Source of the DNA: Cetorhinus maximus
Taxonomy: Eukaryota
Assembly (NCBI RefSeq): GCF_964194155.1
Contig: NC_135909.1
Span: forward strand, 12,648,001-12,712,000
DNA: 64,000 nucleotides
Direction of reading: 5' to 3'
A program made the position numbers and the translations under genes. A model generated the notes under the pieces. The model saw nothing but the letters and a program-made list of their open reading frames with translations, did not search any database and had not been told where the DNA came from. Of this stretch, positions 1 through 12,834 are shown in pieces; the stretch's first letter is position 1, and each line of letters opens with the position of its first letter.

Positions 1-1174
1 AGATACAGAATGAATCTGACATTCACACAGTACCACAGACCAAGAAACACAGAAAAATCTTACAGCCAAAAACTGATAGGGACAAAATGAATCCTTCATT
101 TCTGCAAAGCATCAGGCACTGAGTTAGAAAATGGCTTCAACGCTTACACAGGGTACCAGAGTCCATCAGAAACAAAATGATTTGCAAGCTTCCATAAAGT
201 ACCACTGATTGAGAGAGAATTGATCCCACTCATACCAATACTATCCATTGAGGCAAATTCTACATTGTCAGTCTTTGGTGCCGAATGTGACAGTGGGGTT
301 ACTTCTGTCAAAAATTGCAAGAGATGGACCTATTGAGAATAAATTACACACTTTGAATCAGTACCAGAGACTGACCGATACAGACTGAATTTCACACTCC
401 CATTCAGCAAAGGATGTTGACAGGTACAGAGTTAATCTCACATTCACACACAGTATCAGATATTGACAGTGAATGAGAAGTTCAGACTCAGAGATAGTAC
501 CACAGGCTGAAAGACATAGAATCAATACAACTCTGACCTACAATGACAGGGACTGACAAATAAAGAATCTCATTCACATACAGTTACAGAGATTGACATG
601 TACAGAATAAATCCAATACTTTTCGTGGCCGAGAGAAACACATGCTGATTTAATTCCGCACTGTCTTATAGTCCCAAGGAGCCAATAATTTCACTTACAT
701 GCACCAATAACGGACAGATGCACAATGAGCCTCAGGATATCAAGTGAATCCAACACTGAGACATGGTCCCATCAAGTCACAGACACAGAAGAAATCCAGC
801 CCTCGCACACTGTACCACGGCCTTCCAAACAGTGAAGGAACCCCACTCTCACACACAGAATCAGGGAGTGAATAAATCCCACAATCACAGACTTTACCAA
901 AGCCTCACAATTCCTGAGGGAACCCCACATTACCGTACAGTCCCTCGCACCGACTGCCAGGCGACATTTCCTGGTGTATCTTTACACACTGAGAAATTCC
1001 GCCTGGAGAGGGTCTTTGTAAAAAGTATTTCCTGATTGCAGTAAGGAGGCCTATGATTGGTGGAGAAAGCTAAATATGATTGGTCGATTTCTCTATCCAA
1101 TCAAATAAATCACAAATTAAGAACTTGTTTTCTTTTAAAAATGTCCAATAAGAATTGTTGTTTTCTCATTCCTC

Positions 1175-1207
1175 ATTAGCATATATCTGTCAGACTGTCT
1201 ATTTAAT
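1175..1207 (+). promoter_or_regulatory. H2B promoter: octamer-like ATTAGCAT plus TATA-like TATTTAA, with CCAAT/ATTGG boxes upstream (1055-1150)
   Basis: ATTAGCAT at 1175-1182 is a one-base variant of the H2B octamer ATTTGCAT. The same element lies upstream of the other two H2B genes. Confidence 0.7.
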
Positions 1208-1259
1208 GAGCGGACGGAAGGGGTTTGGTTTATTTCTGTGGCTGAAATTGAGATTGAAG

Positions 1260-1637
1260 ATGGTTGAAGAGAAGAAGAAACCAGTTGCTAAGAAGGGCGC
1301 CAAGAAAGCGGTGAATAAGCCGTCAGGAAAGGGCGGCAAGAAGCGGCGAAAGTCGAGGAAGGAGAGTTACGCCATCTACATCTACAAAGTGATGAAGCAG
1401 GTTCATCCCGACACCGGCATCTCCTCTAAGGCCATGAGCATCATGAACTCGTTCGTGAACGATATTTTCGAGCGCATCGCGGGTGAGGCTTCCCGCCTGG
1501 CCCATTACAACAAGCGCAGCACCATCAGCTCCCGGGAGATCCAGACCGCCGTGCGCCTGCTGCTGCCCGGGGAACTGGCCAAGCACGCCGTGTCGGAAGG
1601 GACAAAGGCGGTGACCAAGTACACCAGCTCCAAGTAA
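1260..1637 (+). CDS. H2B: Histone H2B, replication-dependent (125 aa)
   Basis: ATG at 1260. [26 protein letters not shown]...AVTKYTSSK histone fold, intronless, with a downstream stem-loop. Confidence 0.98.
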   Translation: MVEEKKKPVAKKGAKKAVNKPSGKGGKKRRKSRKESYAIYIYKVMKQVHPDTGISSKAMSIMNSFVNDIFERIAGEASRLAHYNKRSTISSREIQTAVRLLLPGELAKHAVSEGTKAVTKYTSSK

Positions 1638-1676
1638 AACCCCCGAACGGACTGAAAAACACATTCACAACACAAA

Positions 1677-1717
1677 GGCTCTTTTAAGAGCCACTCACAA
1701 TCTCTACTAAGGAGCTG
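1677..1717 (+). promoter_or_regulatory. Histone 3' stem-loop and U7 downstream element (H2B)
   Basis: GGCTCTTTTAAGAGCC at 1677-1692; AAGGAGCTG at about 1709-1717. Confidence 0.95.
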
Positions 1718-2446
1718 CACCCGACATCTTCCTACTGGATTATTATAATATAAAATAACTTCCACTGCTGTTAGTGTCTCCTGTCCTGTAACCCAGACAC
1801 TAACCCTTTAATTAGCTCATCGGCCTTCGCTTTGTGCTGAAAGCGGTTATTCTGTTATCACAGCCTTTAAGTGACCTCATTAGCTGCTGTTTTCAACTTT
1901 AATTGTCCCTTCCCCCAATTCCTGAAACAGTTACTGAGTCATTTTATTAATTTTCCGCAGGGTAACAGCCGGAGTGGGATTATTACAGAGCGGAATAAGA
2001 ACAGTCTGAGGACTCGATCAGCTCCCTCTTTACAGCGAAGGGTGTTCGGTTCAGAGTGAAGTCTGAACGGAATGTTTCACTCCTGGGAAAGCGGTGACCC
2101 GGGATTGATTCCCTCCCGGGACAGTTAGAAAGCGACAGGAGAATGAACCACATTTAAACAAAATGATAAAACCCGCGCCTGCGATTGGTGATGACACGAG
2201 CTGAATAAAACCAAATAAAGAGCAGGGATTTGAAATCTCAGACCAAAGACGACATTTACTTTAATCCGCTTCTTTCCCGCAGTGAAATTGGCGGGCTTTT
2301 TAAAATGGACATTTTTCTGGTTCTGACGGTTATTTGCAAATCCCGCCCTTTTCTGCTTCCATTTATCTGATTGGTGAAGAATATAGGCAAATAAGTGGAT
2401 TGAACAGAGACCAATGAGACGAGTTTTCAGTTTATAAGAACAGTAA

Positions 2447-2890
<444 letters not shown>

Positions 2891-2920
2891 AGCGGCCATT
2901 CTTTAATCTAATAACCCAAA

Positions 2921-2960
2921 GGCTCTTTTCAGAGCCACTCACAGAGTCTGTGAAAGGGTG
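2921..2960 (+). promoter_or_regulatory. Histone 3' stem-loop and HDE (H2A)
   Basis: GGCTCTTTTCAGAGCC at 2921-2936; purine-rich AAAGGGTG downstream. Confidence 0.93.
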
Positions 2961-3029
2961 ACCTATTGTCTGTCCGCGGCCGGACCAAATTTGTAAGTGA
3001 TTCTGGACCAATAATGGCGAAGGAAGAAC

Positions 3030-3530
3030 TCGCACAACGTTTGAGAAGTATTTAGTTGAGCCCTCGAAACGACATAACTAAAAGTACTATGGGCTAAGTG
3101 CTGGAGAATAGAATTAGAATAGATAGGTGCTTGATGATCGGCACGGTTACGACGGGCCTGTTTCTGTGCTGTATAACGCTATGACCTCTCTAGTGCAACA
3201 ACATCCTTCCTATACGGGCAGATGAGATTTTCCCAGGCTGCTGTGGAAGGCAAGGGAGGAGATTGCAGGGACCCTGTTAATAATTTTCAAATCTTTGACC
3301 ACAGGCGAGGTGAAAGGACTGGAGGACAGCTAATGGTTTCCATTATTCAAAAAGGGGGCTAGGGATAAACCAAAGAACTATAGGCCAGTCAGTCTTAACG
3401 TCAGTGGTTGGGAAACTTATGAAAAAGATTCTGAGGGACACAATTAATTTCCACTTGGAGAGGCAAGGATTAATCAAGGATAGTCAGTCCGGCACGGACA
3501 CGAGCGGTCTGTTTCTTTGCTGTATAACTG
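3030..3530 (+). mobile_element. CR1-like LINE fragments (3' ends and a piece of ORF2) between H2A and H3
   Basis: Decayed ORF2 sequence (...FKKG.RDKPKNYRPVS...) and two CR1-type 3' ends ending in GCTGTATAAC. Confidence 0.7.
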
Positions 3531-3846
3531 ACTAAAAACAACCATCAAAAATATCTGCGCAATGGAGGGTTACTCTCGGACAATCGCTTCATGTTCATAG
3601 TGGTACCTTATAATAACAATGAGTATTGACTTACAAACCGTACCTCACCCTGTGCCGCAATTCGTTGGAAAAAAATCCGTGGCCTAAAATATTCGCAGAC
3701 ATAACCTGAGCTGCAATTGATAACTGCATCATCTGTATTCTCTCAATTCTACAACCTCTATGTCGACAAGACAAATAAACCGGTGCAAGGGAGAATAAAT
3801 TTTATCTTCGAGTTGTTTAAGTGCTGGTGTGTTTAACAGGAGATCG

Positions 3847-3887
3847 CAGCTCTTTCATTTGTCGATTTAGTGGCTCTTAAAAGAGCC
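3847..3887 (-). promoter_or_regulatory. Histone 3' stem-loop and HDE (H3)
   Basis: Reverse complement of GGCTCTTTTAAGAGCC at 3872-3887; AAAGAGCTG at 3847-3855. Confidence 0.95.
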
Positions 3888-3916
3888 TTTGTTGTACTTG
3901 GTGCTGAAGCCGGGTT

Positions 3917-4522
<606 letters not shown>

Positions 4523-5353
4523 TTAATTGGCCATTTCAAAAATTCCGCCAATTTTTTGCAGCCGTTTCCCGTCTCGAGAATATGCTTCGTTCTTCCCTTT
4601 TTTGAAAATTAAAAATACAATTTTTCACTCTCACTCGCTATTTCCTAACCCCAATTTAATTCCAGTTCATGTGATCTGTCCCGGCAATTTTTAAACCAGG
4701 TATCATCCTGGTGAATCTGCTCATTTTTGGACAGAAACACCAGTCTGTTGTTTGAACTGTGTAAAGTCAGTGCTGAATTTCCGAGGCAAAAATTGAAGGA
4801 CTGTCCATTGCTCCCTACAGCACAACTAACCCTCGAAATCGCCGCTCACTTCGAGGAATGGAATGGGAAATAAAATAGAAACGGTGCTGGGGGCATCAGA
4901 CCCCTTCCCATTGCCCTCATTCTGGGCTGTTCATGCCGATAAAGAGCGGCTCGAATTTCCGTTATTCCCAGTCTGAGTCTACACGAACATACGTGCGAAT
5001 ATTTGGATTAGGAGCAGGAGGAGGCCACTCAGCCCATCAAGCCTGCCTCGCCTGATCCTGATATGATTGTAACCTCAAATCCACTGACGGATTGAACGGC
5101 TGGTGTCAGAGGAACCGCCAGATCCTGTCATTACTACCTGACTAATTATTCATTTAAAACAAAACCTATCGAAAATATGAGGCAGTGGAGAGGCCTTTCA
5201 GTGTCAGTGCAGAATGGGCCATCCGGGTAAATAAACCATTAAAAAGATTCTCAGTACATTCCCGTCCAGAACAAATCAGGCACTAACATTCCAGATCAAA
5301 GCGCATCCCAGCTCCCGTTCCCAGGTTTCTGCTCTCTCTGTGAGGCGGTGCGT

Positions 5354-5369
5354 GGCTCTGAAAAGAGCC
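5354..5369 (-). promoter_or_regulatory. Histone 3' stem-loop (H4)
   Basis: Reverse complement of GGCTCTTTTCAGAGCC; purine-rich AGAGAGAGCAG downstream. Confidence 0.93.
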
Positions 5370-5404
5370 TTTGTTGTTGTGTTTGGTAGAGAGAGTCGAG
5401 TTGT

Positions 5405-5725
<321 letters not shown>

Positions 5726-5774
5726 TCACTCAGATCGCTGCTGAATATGAGCGATGAGCTGTTTCGGTTCCTCC

Positions 5775-5806
5775 TTTATAGAGCCCGCCCCGACCTGACT
5801 GAGAAA
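5775..5806 (-). promoter_or_regulatory. H4 promoter: TATAAA, GC box and site II-like element
   Basis: Minus strand reads TTTCTCAGTCAGGTCGGGGCGGGCTCTATAAA. Confidence 0.75.
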
Positions 5807-6469
5807 GGAGCATAGAGTGAGAGGCGGGACAGGGAGGAGACTAAATGACAGACAGAACAGAGGAATGTCTATGATAATCCAGCTCCACCCCCTGCCTGTC
5901 GAAACGACATTTTATTTAATTGTCGACAATGGAAGTTAACACAGCGCTCGGCACAAAACTTATCGATTGGAGCTTCATGTTCAACGGTTCTAGAAACCCG
6001 CAGTTTTTAATTGCAGGCCTTTACAAATAAAATTCTGTAATATTCCAGCCCAAGTACATACACTATACCCTGTCAAATCCGCCTGTTTCCACTTCACTCC
6101 CAGCTTCTGTTCTATCCCCACACACCTCCCCTCCAGGCGGGTTGAGCAGTTTACCGACACCTCACTCAAGCTGAATTAGACAAACTCATGTGTTGGGCTT
6201 TGAGTTGTAACGCGGGGTTACTCCGCCCTGGTAACTGTCTTACACACTCTCACCTTGAATCTGTGAAAAGGGAACGAGCAGAAACTGACAGAGCAGCTGA
6301 ACAAATCCCCAGTTACAATGGTGCACGGACCCCGCTGTTTTATTGCAGATTGGGGGAGGGGCTGGGTATAGTGCATGTCAGTGAGATACCGGGAATTTTC
6401 AATTGAATATAAATCACTTCAGTGTGAAACCTGCTCCCAGCGCCGGGACAGGGACATTTGATTCGGGGA

Positions 6470-6511
6470 TCAGCTCTTTCCTGAGAGACGTGGGCGGCTC
6501 TGAGAAGAGCC
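6470..6511 (-). promoter_or_regulatory. Histone 3' stem-loop and HDE (H1)
   Basis: Reverse complement of GGCTCTTCTCAGAGCC at 6496-6511; AAAGAGCTG downstream. Confidence 0.93.
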
Positions 6512-6547
6512 TTTGTGTTCAGAGGTTTACAATTTGCTCGGCTGGTT

Positions 6548-7219
6548 TCATTTCTTTCCTGGCGCTGCTTTCTTAGCCTTTGCTGCTTTCACTTTGGGCT
6601 TGGCCTTCGACGATTTATCCACTTTTTTTAAAACCTTTCCGCCCGTCACCTTCTTGGCGGGAGATTTTTTCTTCAGCGCTGCTTTCTTCACCGCCTTTTT
6701 TGGAGTTGCCGCCTTCTTGCTGCTTGTTTTCTTGACTGTTGCTTTCTTCGCTGGGGATTTCTTGGCTGTTACTTTCTTGGCTGGAGATTTCTTAGCTGCT
6801 GGTTTTTTTGTTTTCACCTTCTTGGCCGCTGGTTTCTTCACTAAAGATTTCTTGGCTGTTGGTTTCTTCTCCTTCTTTCCCACTTTCCCCTGGGATTCCT
6901 TCTTAGGGATTTTGAAGGAGCCGGAGGCGCCCTGTCCCTTTACCTGCACCAGGGAGCCGCTCTCCACCTTCCTCCTGATACTGAGCCTGATCTGGGAGCC
7001 GAGCTTCCCCACATCGACACCGCTGCCAGACAAAGCTTTCTTTATCGCGGCCAGGGACATCCCCTTGCGATCGCTGCAACCCGCCACAATCTTGAGGATC
7101 TGTTCGCCTAACTTGGGACCGGCTGCCTTCGATCGGGAAGCCGCCTTCTTCTTCTTGGGAGGTTTGACTTGAGCGGCAGCGGCTGGAGGAGCCGTTTCGG
7201 CGGCTGCAGTATCAGTCAT
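6548..7219 (-). CDS. H1: Histone H1 (223 aa), replication-dependent, with a divergent globular domain
   Basis: SLAAIKKAL...LVQVKGQGASGSFK winged-helix motifs; Lys/Ala/Pro-rich tail with SPAK/TPKK motifs; H1-box AAACACA at 7364-7370. Confidence 0.96.
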   Translation of the reverse strand: MTDTAAAETAPPAAAAQVKPPKKKKAASRSKAAGPKLGEQILKIVAGCSDRKGMSLAAIKKALSGSGVDVGKLGSQIRLSIRRKVESGSLVQVKGQGASGSFKIPKKESQGKVGKKEKKPTAKKSLVKKPAAKKVKTKKPAAKKSPAKKVTAKKSPAKKATVKKTSSKKAATPKKAVKKAALKKKSPAKKVTGGKVLKKVDKSSKAKPKVKAAKAKKAAPGKK

Positions 7220-8389
7220 ATCCGAGACTGTGTGTAAAATCTCTCTGACAGTCAGAACTGGATCAGAAATGAAACCAGTGGTGGCGGCTCAGAGCAACTT
7301 AAACACAGAGAGCGGACGGGGCAGAGACAACCTGCTGTCATCTCCCGGCTCCTCCGGCCTCTCTGTGTTTCTCTCTCCTCATAAACTCCCCAATTCCACT
7401 TCAAATTGGACATTTCAGATTCCCACACTCGCTTCCTTCTGTTAACAAAATCCGAATCTTTGTTGTCGAGAAAGTTCCATCCGAATTAAAGGCATCAATT
7501 TCGATTTAAACCCGTTTCTTTGCTGCTTTGATCGCGCCCTCTCAGCCGAGCGCTGACTTCTTCGCTGTGTTTCCACTGAAATCTTGAAATTAACGAAAAC
7601 TTTGCCTTAAATTCTCTCTTCAGGGCTGAGCAGGGGAGCATCGCGATCCAATTACAGGGAAATCTTGTAATTTTACACAAGAAGGACTCGGAAATCTGTC
7701 GCTGAGGCCGAACACACAAACACAGTGACATTAGTCTAACCCGCCCGCCCCTTTAACACACTCTCGCAGATACAATGTTCACATCTGCACATTGACAGGA
7801 CAAACTGTGGCTCAGATTTACAGCTCCCAGGACAGGCTTTCCTCTCCTCTCGGCCTGTGCTGTGGATTCACGGGGATTAATTGTAGTTTCCCAGCTCAGT
7901 AACTGTTCAACCCTCTGAGACCGGAGCTGCACACAGTGTCTGTTCTCCAGATTCAGGAGGCTGCAGCCAATCACAGCTGTGCCTGGGTTAACCCGTAACT
8001 GGTTTAAATTATGATCTTGTTCAGAAGCAGATTTATTTTTTGATCATTTGAAGACACAGATTGTGTGCACTCAGCCACTAAACAACACTATCCCGCCTTC
8101 ATGTGGAGTTCAAAAGAGAGGGGGTGGAGGGATTGATAGAGACAGAGTGAGTGAGGGCGGTGAGACACAGACAATGCATCAGTTGCAGAAATCCTTGTAA
8201 GCTCTGGTTTTACCCAGAAAGATTCTCGTGGAGAGGCAGAAGCTGCAGTCTCAGATTGCAATGATATTGTAACAGAGACATATTATTAATCCCACACTCA
8301 GGAAAAATGCTGTATTTTAACAGAAGAGAGGCAGTATAAACTATAAGGTCCAGTTCTAAAAATTGTGCAAAGGTCAGAGGGACCTTTAG

Positions 8390-9060
8390 ATCTTTGTAGG
8401 TGACACGAGATTTTGAGGGAGTAGTTTGGAAAGCAGATGGGATCATTGGTTTCATCAACAGAGGTACTGAGCATACAAGCAGGAACGTTATGTTTAACAT
8501 CTATAAAGCTCTGGTTAGGCAGCAACTAGAATATTGTGTCCATTTCTGGTCACCACACTTTTGGAAGGATGTGAGAGTCGTTGAGACGGTGCAAAGGAGA
8601 TTTACTAGAATAGTTCCAGACATGAGGGGTTATAGCTGCAAAGTTTGTTTGCGGAATCCAGAGCTGCTCTCCTTGAAGCAGCCGAGATTGAGGGGAGGTC
8701 TGAGAGAGGTGTACAAGATTGTTTAGATCAGGTAGACAAAGGAAGGCAGTTCCCATTAGCGGAGAGTAGAAGGATTAGGAGACACGGATTTAAAATTTAA
8801 GACAAGATGTGCAGGGGGGAAGTCTGGAAGAACATTGTTACTTTCTGGGTTATCACCTGGATCTTTATCCCGATGGGCATCGTGGAAACGGAGATGGTGA
8901 ATGATTTCAAATGGAAATTGGGTGGGCGCCTGTGGGAAAAAAAGTTGCAGGCATAGAGCAGGAGAATGGGACTGACTGGATTATTCTACAGGCAGGCAGT
9001 ATGGACTGGATGGGCCGAATGGCTACCTTCTGAGCAGCAATGTCTCCATGACTCTATGAC
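8390..9060 (+). mobile_element. CR1-like LINE 3' fragment
   Basis: YKALVRQQLEYCVHFWSPH...VQRRFTRIVP C-terminal RT region and CR1 3' tail. Confidence 0.85.
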
Positions 9061-9924
9061 TGTATGTCTCTTTGACAGTCTCAGTGAGTGAGAAACAGTG
9101 GCCCATGTTTAAACCTCAGTTCCCTGTTGTACACCCTGCAGCTCAGGGCTGTTAGGTTTCACTCTCAGTGAGTGAGTGTTTCACTCAGATTGAATTAATC
9201 TGGAGAGTTCCTGTCTGATATTAACTCCTGCCCGGTCCCAGCAAACACCCCGACTCCCGGGTTCCTCCAGTGTTTCTGTAGGATTGCTTTGTGAAGACAG
9301 GTCCCTGAACATCAAACAAGCTGAACAGAAAAATCCCAGGTTGTGTCTCTTAATGGGGCGAGTCCCAGTTTTCACCATCCCCTTTCCCATGAGCTCCAGA
9401 TCATTTGCTGATCTCGGATAAAAGTGAATTGGAAAACGTTTCACTGCAAAATGGTTTCATGGAATGTTATAGAATTCTGCGCATGCGTCATTCCGACCCA
9501 CCAGAGCTCAATGGATGGGAGCGGAAGAGCGCATGCACGCGGCTCTCCCCCAGCTTTATCTGGGACAGGATGAGCCACCAATGGAATGACTCCGGTCCTG
9601 GGGGAATGGAACAAACAGCAGCCTCCTGGGAGGAGGGAGACAGAATGGCAAGAAGCTGTTATTGAAAATCACTGCTGCTTTCTCTCCGCAAAGCAACAGT
9701 GAATATTCCTGGTTGAGTTCACACTCCCCTGGTTTGTTGATATTGGACAGTGAAGAGTGGGAACAGAGCCGGACAGTCAGGATGTGGGGAGTCAGACAAA
9801 GAGCAGCTATTGTAGGCACAAGGTGTGAAGACAGGCACGTTTTAAACAGTGGCTGTTTGGTTTCGGTGACAGTTTTATTAGTGGAGATGGCGTCGTAGCA
9901 GGAATCTAGAGTTCCAGGTTAATG

Positions 9925-10295
9925 AACATAAGAACAGAAGGAATAAAGAGCAGGAATAGGCCACTCGGCCCCTCGAATTTGCTCCACCATTCAGTAAGGT
10001 CATGGTTGATCTGATTGTAACCTCAACTCCACGTTCCTGCCTCCCCTCGGTAACCTCTCACCCATTTGCTTTCAAGAGTCTACCCCTGCTTTAAAAGTAT
10101 TCAGAGACTCCGCTTCCACCCTCTTTTGAGGAAGAGAGTTCCAAAGACTCAAGAACCTCAGCAAGAATAAAAAGTCTCCTCATCTCTGTCTTAAATGGAC
10201 GACCCGTTATTTTTAAACTGTGACCGTGAGTTCTAGATTCTCCTCCAAGAGGAAACATCCTGTCCACATTTGCCGTGTCAAGACACATCAGGACC
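9925..10295 (-). mobile_element. CR1-like LINE 3' fragment
   Basis: MFPLGGESRTHGHSLKI...FKTEMRR motif; AACATAAGAAC terminal repeat. Confidence 0.8.
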
Positions 10296-10477
10296 CCCTT
10301 AAGATAATGTTATGGAGGCGCGGGATCAAATCCCACCACCGCTGCCGGTGACATATAATTTTAAAAAATCTTGAAAGTCACATTGATAAAAACCCATCTG
10401 GCTCACGCACTCTCCTCCTCCGTTTGAACGAATAGACATTCCTGAGACTTGGGCTCACTGCCGGACTAACTTAGTGC

Positions 10478-10678
10478 AAACAAAAACAGAAAATGCTGGA
10501 AAAACTCAGGAGGTCTAACAGCATCTGTGGAGAGAAAGACAGAGTTTACGTTTCATGTCTATATGACTCTTAAACGTTAACTCTGTCTTTCTCTCCATAG
10601 ATGCGGTTAGACCTGCTGAGTTTTTTCAGCATTTTCTATTTTTCTTTCAGATTTCCAGCATCTGCACTATTTTGCTCT
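10478..10678. mobile_element. Head-to-head inverted pair of Penelope-like terminal repeat fragments (hairpin)
   Basis: AAAATGCTGGAAAAACTCAG...GACAGAGTTTACGTTT is mirrored by AAACGTTAACTCTGTC...CTGAGTTTTTTCAGCATTTT. Confidence 0.7.
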
Positions 10679-11779
10679 TATCTTACTGTGTTGTTGGTGA
10701 TTGTGGAACTGGTGTCTCTGCTCTCTGTGAGTGATACTGTACTTACTGTGTGAGAAGGAGCTGGCTGCACTTCTCCTTTTGTCACGGAATCACTACTTTG
10801 ATTCTGCTGCTTTCAAATATTTGCCTGTCGGAAGAAAAAGGTATTTATAATAATCCAAAGAGAGAGGAGGTAGCAAATACAAAATAGACCAACGCATTTG
10901 TTTCAATTAATAGTCATTGCAAAAAAACAGAAAATTAAAAGCAGCGACACAAGCAGGGTCTGGTCTGAAGGGCAATTCGGGATAGGCAACAGATTCTGGC
11001 CTTGTCAGCGACTCCTACATCCCGTGAACAAATAAAAATATAAGTAGATCCTGAGAGTGGGAAGTAGTAATTTGACCTGTGCAGAACTCCCTGCTCTGTC
11101 ACTCAGTCCCATTCATGGAGCAGTGGATTGTTTATGGATGGCAGGAAATTGTTGTAAAATAATCCAAATCCTTGGTCTTCAGTAGCCGGGTGCTGCAGGA
11201 CAGTCGTGGAATCAGACACTGACTCTGTTCAGAGTGGAAGAGAGAGAGAGAGAGTGGAAGCAAATCATCCTCTATCCCGAAGGTCTGAATAATAATAAGA
11301 ATAATGGAGACATTCCGATACAGAATTAACCCCACTTCCCCTGGCAGTAATGGGGTCCGATAGACACAGAATGATTCCAACATTGACATTCAGTAACACT
11401 GCCTGAAACAGAATTAATCTCACCCTCACATATAGTACCAGGCATTGACCCATAAGAAGAAATCCTACTCTCACAAACTGTTCCAGAGACAGAGATGCAG
11501 AATGAATCCTACACTCACAAACACTATCTGTGATGGACATATACAGAACAAATCTTGCTCACGTCTACTAACAGAGTTCTCAGGATGTATCGCACAATCA
11601 CATTCACTCCTAGAAGGTAACAGATACAGTCAAGAATTGATGACTTTTTTCCAGTTGTGGCTTAACCAGATTTTAACACAAGAAGAGGGAACATCTGAAC
11701 ACGACATGGAACACGTTAATATAACAGGGAACATCGAGGACCCAGGAAGAAAATATTTTCCCAACAGAAAACATCTTCA

Positions 11780-12470
11780 CTGAGCAACAGAGAACATATT
11801 TACAGTATAGGAGCATCTTGAGACAACAGAGAACATGTTTACACAGCTGGCAACACGTCTGCACGACAGGGAGGCACGTTACACAACAGTGAAGATCTCT
11901 CAACAGCAGAGTGCACAGTTACACAACAGGGAGCACACTTTACGCAACAGGGGCACAGTCACACAACGGAGAACACAGTTAAAAAACAGAGGACACAGTT
12001 ACACAGTAGAGGGCGGAGTTACATAACAGAGAGCACAGCTCCACAACAGAGGGCACAGTTAAACAACAGAGGGCACAGTAACACAGCAGACAGCACAGTT
12101 ACACAACAGATATCACAATTACACAACAGAGAGCACAGATAAACAACAGTGGGCACAGTTTCACAATTGAGGTCGGAGTTACAGAACAGAGAGCACAGTT
12201 ACACAAGAGAGCACAGTTGCACAACAGAGGGCAGACTTACACAGCAGAGGGCACAGTAACACAGCAGAGAGCACAGTTGCACAACAGAGAACACAGTCTC
12301 GCCAACAAAGAGCAAAGTTATTCAACAGAGAGCACAGTTATACAACAGGGTGCACATACACAAAACAGAATGCACAGTTACAAAAAAAGGGCACAGGTCC
12401 ACAACAGAGATCACCGTTACACAACAGGGTGCACAGAGACACAACAGGGTGCACAGTTACACAGCAGGAC
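11780..12470 (+). repeat. Minisatellite, about 20-bp unit ACACAACAGAGGGCACAGTT
   Basis: About 30 diverged tandem copies visible directly. Confidence 0.9.
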
Positions 12471-12762
12471 TCATTATTACAAACCGGGGACATCTCTGAC
12501 AAACGGAATGGTTTGGACAAATGATCAGTTTCTCCACCTCAGTGTCTTGCTAATTTGCTCGGCATCGTTCTCTGTCATCTTGTGTATCCTGGCAGCCTCT
12601 TGCTGCCTTTTTTTCTGTGTTTTTTTTGTCTTTTTCTGGTGTTGCAAAGTGGAATTGTGCAGCCAAGGTGATCCTCCCAACACATCGCTCAAAAGCACAA
12701 AGCAAGTGACTATTTATCTCCCTAATACACAAAGTAACATTCATCCACAGCTGACAATGTGT

Positions 12763-12834
12763 AGCAGAGTGGCACAGCGGAAGCGTGCTGGGCCCATAAC
12801 CCAGAGGTCGATGGATCGAAACCATCCTCTGCTA
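12763..12834 (+). tRNA. tRNA-iMet-CAT: Initiator tRNA-Met (CAT)
   Basis: Matches vertebrate iMet except G12>A; A1-T72 pair and GATCGAAA T-loop; T-run at about 12860. Confidence 0.93.

Noticed and set aside
1155-1259. N-terminal extensions on histone ORFs in the ORF track (also 2459, 4495 and 63275)
   Set aside because: They start at non-ATG codons in promoter or 5' UTR sequence; the true starts are 1260, 2498, 4327 and 63308.
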